Shown here: one piece after another, positions 52,264-64,000 of the stretch
How the letters are laid out: each line of letters begins with the position of its first letter
Numbering within the stretch: the first letter of the stretch is position 1
Assembly: GCA_951406725.2 (NCBI GenBank)
Contig: OX597819.1
Span: 45,694,001 to 45,758,000 of the forward strand
DNA: 64,000 bases
Direction: 5' to 3'
Origin: Octopus vulgaris
Taxonomy: Eukaryota
Notes under the pieces: generated by a model
What the model was told of the DNA's origin: nothing
The model's database searches: none
What the model saw: the letters and a program-made list of their open reading frames with translations, nothing else
Translations under genes and position numbers: made by a program

Positions 52264-52937
52264 GTGGATATCGATGCAAAGAAATTGTATAACATCTTGA
52301 GAAATTGTATGCTGAGCATCAAGACCAAGATCCGTACATTTGGTTGCTGTTTCTGGCCAGTGTTAATATATAGAAGTGAAGTATGGTTTGTAACATCAGA
52401 AATGAAAAGGTGTTTGGAGGGCTGTGAATTCTTAAGGAGAATAATGAGGATAGCATGGACAGACAAATTGTCTAACGAAGAAGTGATCCCGGCTGCGGTA
52501 AATAGGAAACTGTTTCGTGAGATAAGAGCTAAACAGCTGAGGTTTCTTGGTCGTGTAATTATGAAAGAGGGTCTGGAAAATTTAACGATGACCGGAAAGA
52601 CTGAAGGGGAAAAGAAGCAGAGGAAGGATAAGAGTGACATGTATGTGAAGCTTGAACTGGTTTTGAAGAAAAAGGCATTGAACATCAGGAAATGGAACTG
52701 TTTTCAGAAGAACAAAGAACAGAGAATTGTGGCAGGACACGATCGCCTATGTACTACGGTCTGGACATGGCACCCTAGCGAAGAAGAAATAGAAGAAGAA
52801 GAAGAAGAAGAAGAAGAAGAAGAAGAAGAAGAAGAAGAAGAAGAAGAAGAAGAAGAAGAAGAAGAAGAAGAAGAAGAAGAAGAAGAAGAAGAAGAAGAAG
52901 AAGAAGAAGAAGAAGAAGAAGAAGAAGAAGAAGAAGA
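52264..52937 (+). mobile_element. RTE-clade LINE 3' end with (GAA)n tail
   Basis: TKIRTFGCCFWPVLIYRSEVW..FLRRIMRIAWTDKLSNEEV..QLRFLGRVIMKEGLENLTMTGKTEG, then about 50 GAA units (52780-52937). Confidence 0.88.
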
Positions 52938-52939
52938 AT

Positions 52940-54480
52940 TCTATCAAAATGTCTTATGTGAGACTCAGTGTGGCTTCCGTTGCGGTGGAAACACTGTGGA
53001 CATGATATGTCTTCGACAAATTCAGGGAAACTACATGGAGCAGAACATGTCCAGGAGCAGAACATGTCCAGGTATGCAGTGTTCACAGAGTTCACAAAGG
53101 CTCTCAAGTACAATATCCCATAATGGACTTTCTGTTGTTCTTAAGAAATATCGTTGCCCCCGAAGTTCCCTATACGAAGGAATGCACGCATTTGTAATAC
53201 AAGATAGCAATATCTCAAGCAAGTTTGTGGTGACAAATAGATTTAGACAAGGGTGCATTAGTCTCCCTCTATCTTGCAGCAGTGTTGGAAGTTGCCTTTG
53301 AGGGTATGATACAGATCTGTTTAATGTTGCACAATATAAAGCTAAGAAGCGCAGTACGAGGGTCCTAGCGTGAGAGATGCTGCTGGCTGATGATATTATG
53401 CTGGTTGCCTACAGCGCTGGATATACGCAGAAACGGGTAGATAACTTTGCCAGAGCTACACTACTGTTCAGTTTAAAGATTAACTTCAGAAAAGAGTAAT
53501 ACCTTTACCGGAATGTGGGGAACCTAACAGATCCTGTAAAAGAAGAAAACATCACTATTAGACAGGAAAAGGCTGACCCAGTGCAAAACATTCAAATACC
53601 TTGGCAGGATAATTCACAAATGAACCAGGAAATCACATACAGAATGAGCAGAAGTAGTACTTCATTTGGCAAGCTACAGGGGAGGCTGTGGAAAAATAAG
53701 CATGTTTCTATATGTGTCAGTTATAATGTATATCTATGTGGAGGTGCAATGGCCCAGTGGTTAGGGCAGCGGACTCGCGGTTGGCGGATCGTGGTTTCGA
53801 TTCCCAGATCGGGCGTTGTGTGTGTTTATTGAGTGAAAACACCTAAAGCTCCACGAGGCTACGGTAGGGGTTGGTGGCGACCCCTGTTGTACTCTTTCGC
53901 CCCAACTTTCTCTCACTCTTTCTTCCTGTTTCTTGAGTAATGCTGCGATGGACTGGCCTCCCATCCAGCTGGTGGGAACACATACGCCATAGAAACCGAG
54001 AAACCGGGCCCATGAACCTGACTGGGCTTGAAACGGGCGAAAAGAAAGAATATCAATCTATACTAGTTTCTTCTTTGCTGTATGGAGCTGAAACCTGCCT
54101 GGACAGTCTATGAGGCTCAACCAGTCAAGTTACATGCATATATGGTGAGACAGCTGCGACAAATTATAACTATTTTGAAAGATCAGGGATGAAGTGATCC
54201 TATGGTGTGCGCTGTTCTGCCTACTATGATGGAAATCCTCATTGATTGAAGTTTATGTTGCATGACTCAAATAAACAGGATAGTCAAGAACAGGCTCGCC
54301 AGACATATTGTCTACTCCTAACTATACCATGGAAGACATGGACTGTGATTCAAAGATACAAAAGAGAAAAACACAGAAGGAATATGAAATGGAAACGATT
54401 TGATCATAATATATGACAAAATCAAACGAAAACCCGATCAGTATGGAAAAAGTTTATCAAGTCATGCCAAAGCCATGAAC
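52940..54480 (+). mobile_element. decayed RTE/BovB-like LINE RT region, interrupted by SINE S3
   Basis: ETQCGFR..TVDMI.LRQIQ, RQGC, EMLLADD, FSLKIN, FKYLG, SFGKLQGRLWKN, SLLYGAET; multiple frameshifts. Confidence 0.88.
53740..54050 (+). mobile_element. SINE S3 head and body with alternative 3' tail
   Basis: ggaggtgcaatggcccagtggttaggg..gtttcgattccc..ctctcactctttcttcctgtttct as at 20313, then gcgatggactggc..ccatagaaacc. Confidence 0.87.
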
Positions 54481-54649
54481 AATTAAAGTCGGGACTTCTA
54501 ATCGCAAATGATATGTGTATGAAATAGCCAGCTATGTATCCTACTTAATGCACACAAACAACGAGTAGCCATATTAAAAAAAAAGCAAAAATACTCGCCC
54601 TCAACGCGTAGATCAATATATACGTATGGACGTATTTTTTAAATTTATT

Positions 54650-54914
54650 CCTTTTTATTTGTTTCTGTCATTTGACTGCGGCCATGCTGGAGCACTGCCT
54701 TTAGTCGAACAACTCGACCCCAGGACTTGTTCTTTTGTAAGCCTACTACTTATTCCATCGGCTTTGTTTTGCCGAACAGCTAAGTTATAGGTACGTAAAC
54801 ACACCAACATCAGTTGTCAAGCGTTCGTATGGGGGACAAACGCAGAAGCTCAAACATATACATACATACATACATACATACATACATACATACGTATATA
54901 CATACGTACATACA

Positions 54915-54973
<59 letters not shown>

Positions 54974-55129
54974 TTCTGGTTCCTTTAAGTTTTCGTCCAG
55001 TAAATCCAATCACAAGGGTTTAGTTGGCCCGAGGCTATAGTCGGAGACACTTGCTCAAAGTGCCACGCAGTGAGACTGAACCCGGGACCATGTGGTTGGG
55101 AAGCATGCTACTCACCACACAGCCACACC
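54650..55129 (-). mobile_element. SINE S1 with expanded (TACA)/(TA) centre
   Basis: Colinear with 21780-22200. Confidence 0.88.
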
Positions 55130-55161
55130 TATGTATGCATGTATAAATATATCTAGAGATC

Positions 55162-55312
55162 AAGGCGGCGAGCTCGCAGGATCATTAGCACACCGTGCGA
55201 AATGCTTGGTAAGCATTTCGTCTGTCTTTACGTTCAGAGTTCAAATTCCGCTGGGATTGACTGCACTCGCTCCACCCCTAAATTCCAGGCCTTGTGCCTA
55301 GTGTCGAAAGAA
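55162..55312 (+). mobile_element. SINE S2, internally deleted
   Basis: aaggcggcgagctcgcagga..gttcagagttcaaattccg..ggccttgtgcct. Confidence 0.78.
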
Positions 55313-55683
55313 ATATATCTAGGAAGCAAGGCAGACAACAGGCAGAAAAAACAAGAATATGAGTGTCTATGCATGTATCTCTATGTATACTTTTATGCAC
55401 ACATACACACATATATACATGTGTATGTGTGTATGTATATCTGTAAGCACATACCTTCACCCGCTTTGATTCTGCTCAATAATATATCTTCAGTTTATTA
55501 CACTTAAAGTAATACATATATTTATACTAATATTTTAACGATTTTATGTTTTCAATCTGTTGACCTTCTCTCCTGTTCTGATCAATTGAATGGCTATATC
55601 TTTTGTTAACTGTACCGAGAGCATGTTAGCTTATATTTGCGTGAAAGCTAGTGGCATTCTTTATCGATTGCAAGTATTATTAC

Positions 55684-55944
55684 TTTATTTACATTATTTA
55701 TATTATTTACATTTGACGGATATTTGTCCTCCTCTTGGTCAACACAAAGTTTCGGCTGATATACCCTCAGGTGTTTGGGGAAATTTCGAACCTGGGTTCT
55801 CATTTCTTAGGTATTTTTCGATGTTGCTATTATTGTTATTATTATTATTATTAAGGTCACTGCCTGAAATCGAACTCGGAATCTTGTGGTTCGCAGCCCG
55901 CGCCCTTAACCACTAAGCCATATGGCAGTGACCTTAACAATAAT

Positions 55945-55994
<50 letters not shown>

Positions 55995-56158
55995 CAACAA
56001 CATTGAAAAATACCTTAGGAATGAGAACCCAGGTTCGAAATTTCCCCAAGACACTTGATGCTGGCTGGAGGGCATATCAGCCGGAGGACAAATATCCGTC
56101 AAATATAAATAATGTAAATAATGTACGTGACTCCTCATCTCTTAAATATAGAACTGAA
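55684..56158. mobile_element. head-to-head pair of SINE S4 (copy with tRNA head on minus 55684-55923; 5'-truncated copy on plus 55924-56158)
   Basis: Both arms match 29675-30027; junction gccatatggc (55917-55926). Confidence 0.9.
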
Positions 56159-56179
56159 TTATTGTTACATTACAAAGTT

Positions 56180-56420
56180 AAGGCTGCGAGCTGGCAGAAT
56201 CGTTAGCACGCCGGGCGAAATGCTTAGTAGTATTTCGTTTGCCTTCACGTTCTGAGTTCAAATTCCACTCGACTTTGCCTTTCGTCCTTTCAGAGTATAT
56301 AAATTAATTACCAGTGATACATTGGAGTCGATGTAATCTACTAGTCCCCTCCCCGAGAATTTCAGACCTTTAGTAGAAGGGATTATTACATTGCAGAATT
56401 CAGGCCTTTAGTAGAAGAGA
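56180..56420 (+). mobile_element. SINE S2
   Basis: aaggctgcgagctggcagaatcgttagcacgccgggcgaaatgc..gagttcaaattcc. Confidence 0.86.
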
Positions 56421-56737
56421 CGATTAGATTACAATGTTATCGCCCGTTCTGTTGTAAAAGAATAGGCCGCAAAGGGAAGTAGATATCCGTGGGATTCGGA
56501 TTGTGATCGAAACGAATCGAAAGATAATAATGCTGTAAAGATATTTTTTCGATGCCTTAACGATTTTACCAATCCGTTATTATTAGCTCGCTAATGATAA
56601 CTTTTTTTTTAGTTTCCCTTATTATTAGAAGATCTGAAATTTGTGGGAAGGAGTTTACTATACTCCTGAACTCGTACTCATTTTTCCGTCCCTGAAAGGA
56701 CGACAGACAAGGTCGAGAACAGCGAAATTTGAACATA

Positions 56738-57156
56738 GGCAAAGGAGCGGCTGTGTGGTAAGTAGCTTGCTTACCAACCACATGGTTCCAGGTTCAGTCC
56801 CACTGCATGGCACCTTGGGTAAGTGTCTTCAACTATAGTCTCGGGCCGACCAAAGCCTTGTGAGTGGATTTGGTAGACGGAAACTGAAAGAAGCCTGTTG
56901 TATATATGTATATATATATGTATGTGTGTGTGTATATGTTTGTGTGTCCGTGTTTATCCTACCAACATCGCTTGACACCGATGCTGGTGAGTTTACGTCT
57001 CCGTAACCAAGCGGTTCGGCGAAATAGACGGATAGAATAAGTACTAGGCTTACAAAGAATAAGTACTGGTGTCGATTTGCTCGACTAAAGGCGGTGCTCC
57101 AGCATAGCCGCAGTCAAATGATTGAAACAAGTAAAAGAGTAGAGACAGAGAGAGAG
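56738..57156 (+). mobile_element. SINE S1, intact, flanked by an 80-bp direct repeat
   Basis: Flanks 56659-56738 and 57157-57236 align without gaps. Confidence 0.92.
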
Positions 57157-57254
57157 TATACTCCTGAACACGTACTCATTTTTCCACCCCTGAAAAGATG
57201 ACAGACAAAGTCGACCGCAGCGAAATTTGAACATAGAGGTTCAAGCCTGAAGAA

Positions 57255-57305
<51 letters not shown>

Positions 57306-57319
57306 CATATACATATATA

Positions 57320-57372
57320 TGTGGTGGTGATGGTGGTAATGATGATGATGTTAACGACGACGATGACAATGG

Positions 57373-57416
<44 letters not shown>

Positions 57417-57948
57417 GCGATGACGATGACGACGATAATGATGATGATGTTGATTATGATAAACATTGATGAAGATGCTGCTGCTGCTGCTGATGATGGT
57501 GATGATTACGACTTCGACTATGACGATGATGATGATGATGATGATGATGGTGATGGATAGTAAGTATGGTGAGGATAACGCCGACGACGACGCCGCTGAC
57601 CATCGTGATGGTGACGACGACAACGACGACAACGATGGCAATTATGGTGGTGATGATGATGATGGTTCTAGTGATACAGCTGGATGATATCGATGACGAT
57701 CAATGAGGGTTATCAAGAGAGGGAGAAAAAAAATCATGCGAATGCTGACGCTTACTGTTTCTATGTTATTTTATTTATTTATTTATTTATTTAATGCTGC
57801 TGCAGTTCCTGCTGTTGTTGCTGCTGCAACCCTTTGTGCTGCTGCTGTTACAAACTACTATATTGCTGCCGGCGATGGCGATGGCGATGATAATAATTAT
57901 GACCTCCCACCACCATCAACACCGCCGCCGCTGCTGCTGCTGCTGCTG

Positions 57949-57990
<42 letters not shown>

Positions 57991-58272
57991 GCGCCGCTGC
58001 CACTGCCGCCGCCGTTGCTACTGCTGGTGCTGTTGCTGCTGCCGCTGCCGCTGCTGTTGCTACTACTTATTTTGCTGCCTGCCATTGTGGAAATTGTGAC
58101 TGTAGGTCAAATATCTGCTGTCGCTAATGTTGTTGCTCTTGTTGTTATTGTGACTTAATGATACTGACTGCTGCCGTTGAGGCATGATGAGATAATAAAT
58201 ATACTTGTGAACAGCCTCTGTGCTTGCTATAGTCTTTGTTCTCTACGGTAATGGCGGTGTTGATGACGATGG

Positions 58273-58305
<33 letters not shown>

Positions 58306-58340
58306 GGATGATGATGATGAGGCTGATGATGATGACGCTA
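57320..58340. repeat. (GAT)n, (GCT)n and (CTA)n trinucleotide-rich low-complexity region
   Basis: Direct reading. Confidence 0.88.
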
Positions 58341-58407
58341 TCATGGCTTCGACGATGGGGATCAAGATTTTTTTTGTCCATCTTTTTGGTTATGTTGAAG
58401 ATGATAA

Positions 58408-58553
58408 TTAGCTTGCTTACCAGCCACATGGTTCCGGGTTCAGTCCCACAGCGTGGCACCTTGGACAGTTTGTCTGCTACTATAGCTTCGGGCAGACCAA
58501 AGACTTGACTTGTGAGTGGATTTGCTAGACGGAAACTGTAAGAAGCCCATCGG

Positions 58554-58600
<47 letters not shown>

Positions 58601-58801
58601 TGTATGTATGTATGTATGTATGCATGTATGTATGTATGTATGTGTGTGTATATGTTTGTGTGTCTGTGTTTGCCCCCCCCCCCCAACATCGTGTTTTTAC
58701 TTCCCCGTAACTTAGCGATTCGGCAAAAGAGACGATAGAATAAGTACTACGCTTACAAAGGATAAGTCCTGGCCGCAATCAAATGACTGAAACAGGTAAA
58801 A

Positions 58802-58803
<2 letters not shown>
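58408..58803 (+). mobile_element. SINE S1, truncated and deleted
   Basis: tagcttgcttaccagccacatggttccgggttcagtcc..aaatgactgaaacaggtaaa; a further minus-strand S1 piece lies at 59180-59303. Confidence 0.85.
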
Positions 58804-58847
<44 letters not shown>

Positions 58848-59486
58848 TGGTGGTGGTGGTGGTGGTTGTATTGGTAATGGTGGTTGTGGTAGTGGTGGTG
58901 GTGGTGCTCCTACTGATGATAATGACGATGATGATTGTGATGATAATGATGATGCTGATGATGGTGACGGTGATGTAGCGTTGCTTGTAATTTTGACAAT
59001 GGCAGTGGTGATGGGTATGACAGCAGTGGTGGTGGTAGTGGTGGTGGTGGTGGTGGCGGTGGTGGTCACAATGACGATGATGACGATGATAACGATGATG
59101 ATGATGATACTGGTAATGGTGATGTCTGTGATCATGAAATAATGCTTTTAAGTGCAGGACAGAAATCGCTTTCCGTATTCCAAATCCACTCACAAGGCTT
59201 TGGTCGGCCCGAGGCTATAGCAGAAGACACGTGACCTAGATGCTATGCAGTGGAACTGAACCTGGATGTATGTGGTTGGGAAGTAAGTTACCTATTGCCA
59301 CACTTATATATATATAAAGTAAAAGTGATAACTTCTGCCTTTAGTGACGTATATAGATATATAATATAAATAATATATAAATATATAAATATATACATAC
59401 ATATATGCACATACCTAAATATATATGTATATATACACACATATATGTACATACCTAAATATATATGTATATATACATGCATATAT

Positions 59487-59800
59487 GGGCGCACGACATC
59501 CAAGAAACGTGAACAAAAAGAAAAGCGAGAGCATAAAAACATAGAAGACGAACATTTTTTCGAATAAGGAAAGAAACAAATAGACAAACGAAACAGGCAA
59601 CATAAAGAACATTCCCTTCATCAGTTGTCCCCTGTTTTATCTACTCCGCATTTCGAAGGTAGGGACAATACGCGACTTCGTTAGAACAGTCTTTTCCGCA
59701 AGCAAATTAAATAAAATTTGGGATGTTTTGCGGAGGGTTAAAGTGGTAACAAAAACAGGACAGTGAGAACAAAACAGTAAAAACAAACGGTGATATATGC
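59487..59800 (-). mobile_element. probable Penelope-like terminal fragment with hammerhead core motifs
   Basis: Abuts a TA-rich array, has a pyrimidine-rich 3' tail like the other elements, and contains CTGATGA and GAAA motifs. Confidence 0.5.
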
Positions 59801-60101
59801 AGTAAAAGTGAAAACTTCTGCCTTTAGTGACGTATATATATATAGGCAATTATGCCGATAAACAAATTAGATGCCTCAAATTTATTAAGTATATTTAATA
59901 TATCTAATATATTTGATGTGTATAATTTGTTCATCCGTATAATTCCCTCTATGCCCGCCCAGCTGGATCTCTCTACTAGCATCGCTTTACCTTGTGGATT
60001 GATCTCCTGTAAAGACGTCAGTGTTTAAGTCTGAATCTTTTGAGCGGTACTAAGTACTTTCTAGACTGAGAACGCTTAGCTCTCATCTGTGAACTATATA
60101 C

Positions 60102-60215
<114 letters not shown>

Positions 60216-60815
60216 GTGCTCGCACACACACATACACATAGACAAGCAAAAACACCTCAAACCGTTTTCGGAAAATAAATGCACAGTTATCTGCGGAATG
60301 TTCTAAGAAATGTAAATGACACGAACTGACGCGATGTTATTTAGATGTTATTTTCAGCCCTCAACGCACAAACAAATAAACTTAGCTTTTGATTAGGATA
60401 GAGATAAGAAAACATAAATATTACGGTGAAATAGTACGTGTCTTGCTAGAAATAGGACCCAGTACACCTCCAACTGTCCCCAAAAACTGTTTTCGGAAAA
60501 TACGTACACGGTTATCTGCAGAATGGTCAAATTAATTTAGATGACGTGAAAAACAGCGGTCAACGTACAAACAATGAAACAAACAAACTTGTCTTTTTAT
60601 AAGGATAGAGATATATAATATATATCATATCATTTCGACCAGGGTCAAATATTCCTGACAGTCTCTCAACGATTCACAATTTTCTATTGCTGGTAATAGC
60701 TGTTCCTTAGTTAGGTTTGTATCGTTTGAGAGTTGATAGACCAATGTTCGAATAGGTTTTCATCGTGAGTTGGCTCTCACAATAGCAGATTGTGTAAAAA
60801 TATAATTTCCAGATA

Positions 60816-61210
60816 GGTGCAGGAGTGACTGTGTGGTAAGTAGCTTGCTTACCAACCACATCGTTCCGGGTTCAGTCCCACTGTGTGGCACCTTGGGCAA
60901 GTGTCTTCTACTATAGCCTCGGGCCGACCAAAGCCTTGATAGTGGATTTGGTAGATGGAAACTGAAAGAAGCCCGTCGTGTATATATATATGTGTGTGTG
61001 TCTGTGTTTGTTCCCCCACCATCGCTTGGCAACCGATGTTGGTTATGTTTACGTCCCCGTCCTCAACGGTTCGGGAAAAGAGACCGACAGAATAAGTACT
61101 AGGCTTACAAAGAATTAAGTACTGGGGTCGATTTGTTCGACTAAAGGCGTTGCTCCAGCTTGGCCGCAGACAGCTGACTGGAACAAGTAAAAGAAGAATA
61201 AAAGAAAGAA
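60816..61210 (+). mobile_element. SINE S1, intact
   Basis: High identity to 21780-22200. Confidence 0.92.
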
Positions 61211-62594
61211 GCTGAAACGTGTTATTAAGAAATGTATAATGATATGTCTTTAATGGTGGACTATATCAGAGCCAACGATAAGAGCATTTAATGAAAAAAA
61301 TACAAGACATTGAGTGAAACGTGTAATTATGTAAACTCCACCGACCTGCAATAATCGAGCAACATATATCAGATAATATCATTTATAAATTCCTTAAATT
61401 GGAATTAAATCTACGGAACGTCGAATTTTAAAGTTTGTAAATGACATTGCCGGATATAGCTTTTCCTACATGTTTTGGTGGGTGGGGTTTGTCATTGTGG
61501 TGTTGTTAACATACAATTTGCTCAATGCCTTGTATTTTCCATCTGAAGCGCTTGCATCCACAAGTTACTATAATTCAAGCGAATGATGAATCCGATAATT
61601 TCCCTGCTTTTGAAGATTTGGCTCGTTGTCAAGCTAAAAATCCTCAACTAGATTAAATGAACATGGCATTTAGTTATATCGTGATTAGTGTAGAAATAAT
61701 CCAGTCCACTCGTCGATTTCGATGTTAAAGCAATGACATACACGATTAATTGGACGTTCATTCAGTTAACCTGTGCAATGGCTAAATACTTCGCAGGTGC
61801 ATGCACTTTTAATGTTATCTTCAAACAGAGTCAGCGTGACACAAGTTTTCACAAGTCTATGATCTCCAGTAAGCAATACTCTTCATGATACGTATGGTCT
61901 CATATATAAGTAATCCTCTTTTTAAGGCATCCGTACTGAAACTACGACATTGCAACATCCACAGCAGCATAAATTCGGTTTCATGCACTCTAAGTAAAAT
62001 TCTTTGCTTTACGACTTCGCGCATATTCTTCACAAATGGCGTTGTAAAAATTAAAGTACTACTCGCCCGACCACCGATATTTATCGGTCTGACTATGTGC
62101 AATTTTTAAGTTCTCAAGAGAAATGTATGCATGCACTAGTGCTTCTCAGAGAAATATATTTATTTTACGTCAGACTGCTTTAGCTGAGTTTTATTTAAGA
62201 AGCACAGCCAAATCTGTATGTGATATTTCTATAGAACTTTGTTTAAAAAGTCATCTATCGATCCATCATTTCGGTAATTTTTCGTGGCCAACTCTGATTA
62301 ACAACGATATGAAGCGCTATTAGTTTCATTAAAAAAATGTCCACAGTATCCTAAACAACAGTTACTGCGCTTCCAGCATCAAAGGTATATCTCATTCTAT
62401 GCAGCAAGATCACAATAGAACTGAAAATAATATAACCAAACATCATTTAAAAATTTGACGCAAAACATAATGAGGAATATTAAATAATGTTAACAATCGT
62501 TTTGGTTAGTTAAAACTTTCCTGTTTAAACAAAGTTTATTAAAAAGTGTAAAATAGTCCCTTATTATTCATACATACATATATACATACATGCT

Positions 62595-62640
<46 letters not shown>

Positions 62641-62645
<5 letters not shown>

Positions 62646-62842
62646 CCTCGTGTGTACCGTTGGCGATTGTTTTCCTCTGTCTTCCCTTCTCTGGATCTTT
62701 CCTTCTCCTATGTTTCCGACGAAGAGCTCCGCTCGAAACGTTAAACCTTCCTTCTTTCCTTCTTTCCTGAGCGTCCAATAATATTATATTTGTTCCACGT
62801 CCTCGCGTTGTTGTGTTTTTTTGTGCTTTCTTGTTTGGATTA

Positions 62843-62846
<4 letters not shown>
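62641..62846 (+). mobile_element. hammerhead-bearing Penelope-like non-autonomous element, family A
   Basis: Homologous to 8160-8360; followed by (TA)n at 62847-62922. Confidence 0.83.
62712..62746 (+). ncRNA. minimal hammerhead motif (U4C variant)
   Basis: GTTT-CCGACGA-A-GAGC-TCC-GCTC-GAAA-CG-TT-AAAC. Confidence 0.7.
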
Positions 62847-62926
<80 letters not shown>

Positions 62927-63946
62927 TTTATTGAAATGGATAAATGAATTATCTCGTTACGGATTATTCAAAATTAAACCGATACCTGGGTAGCAAAAAT
63001 CACAACAGAAAAAACACGGTTGAGGTTACGACCATGGGGTGTCGCCACCGTGCCTTAGCGCGGATAATTGAAGTTTTATATATTTAGTGAAGGGAAGAAA
63101 TGGAGCTGAACGAAGATTCTACAAAATTCCTTTTTATTATTTTCTACACATGTTTCAAAGGCTGCAAATTCCCAATTCGGATTGAATAAGGAGACCATTT
63201 TGCAGCTTTCTCTCGGAAAATTCCTGGAATTTAAATCTCCAAACAAAAGCGCAGCAAGCTTTTCGATATATATTATATCTTTCATACATTATATCTTTCA
63301 TCTTCAACTTTTCTCAGTAATTTGACTGCAGGATAAAATCATGTAAGTGATAATATCAAGTGGCCAACATGCTATAAAAGCTTATATAATAATTATATAA
63401 GGGAACAGGAAAAAACCCTGCTCCAACATGTTGTAAGAATACGCCAAAAAATGTTAGAAATCACTTTTAGCTCCTGCTAAAAATACGGGTTGTAGACGGG
63501 CAAATGAAAGATACAAAAGAAAATTCCACAATCAATTGTGTATTGCTCCAATTTCGAAATTAAAGCGGTAAAATATCTTATTTCCCATCCTCAGCGCAAT
63601 GTTCAAAGAAACATTGTCACAAATATTCATACATACACCCACAAAACAAATTCGTACGACCATGTGCAAATATCCGCGCTTATGCTTCAAAATTAAATCA
63701 AATTTTTACTTTTAATTTCAGCCGCGTATTTTTTAAAACCGAAATAGCCTCAAAGCAATGCAGTTCCGATCCGTAGCATAAATATTTTATATATTTATAT
63801 AAACAAGGATAAAATCACGTAAATGATAATAGATAATATCAACTGGCCAACATACTCTAAAACTTTGTGTTTAAATTATACTACAATAATAATTTTGTAT
63901 ATACACTATACAATTATATAAGGGAACATATATATTTATTTATATG

Positions 63947-64000
63947 AGAGAGCACATGGACTAGCGGCTAGGGTGTTGCATCTTTGAACAAAACACTTCA
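63947..64000 (+). mobile_element. S3-like SINE head at the window edge
   Basis: tggactagcggctagggtgttgca..ttgaacaaaacacttca. Confidence 0.5.

Noticed and set aside
61857-62323. Short complex ORFs as a transposase or host exon
   Set aside because: No recognisable motif in any frame I could read.

Overview
AT-rich animal genomic DNA, almost certainly intergenic or intronic. The SINE families and the density of (TA)n, (CA)n, (TACA)n, (GATA)n, (AAT)n and (GAT)n arrays suggest an octopus-like cephalopod (inference from recall, not from a search). I can support no host protein-coding exon; nearly all ORF-track entries are microsatellite read-throughs. Real coding remnants are all transposon-derived: three RTE LINE fragments, a young CR1-type LINE 3' end, an R4/Dong restriction-like endonuclease fragment inside (AAT)n, a Tc1 deletion derivative with both TIRs, and a decayed Penelope-like (PLE) RT plus GIY-YIG remnant. 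Four tRNA-headed SINE families are present (working labels S1-S4). The most striking signal is a set of about ten minimal hammerhead-ribozyme (HHR) motifs, intact or decayed. They sit in short elements that usually abut microsatellites, mostly (TA)n, and often form outward-facing inverted pairs or fold-back palindromes, which is the insertion signature of PLEs. One of these elements (S4) is a Pol III tRNA-headed SINE carrying a hammerhead, so it is a candidate Penelope-mobilised ribozyme SINE. Coordinates were read by eye and may be off by a few bases; ribozyme activity is untested.
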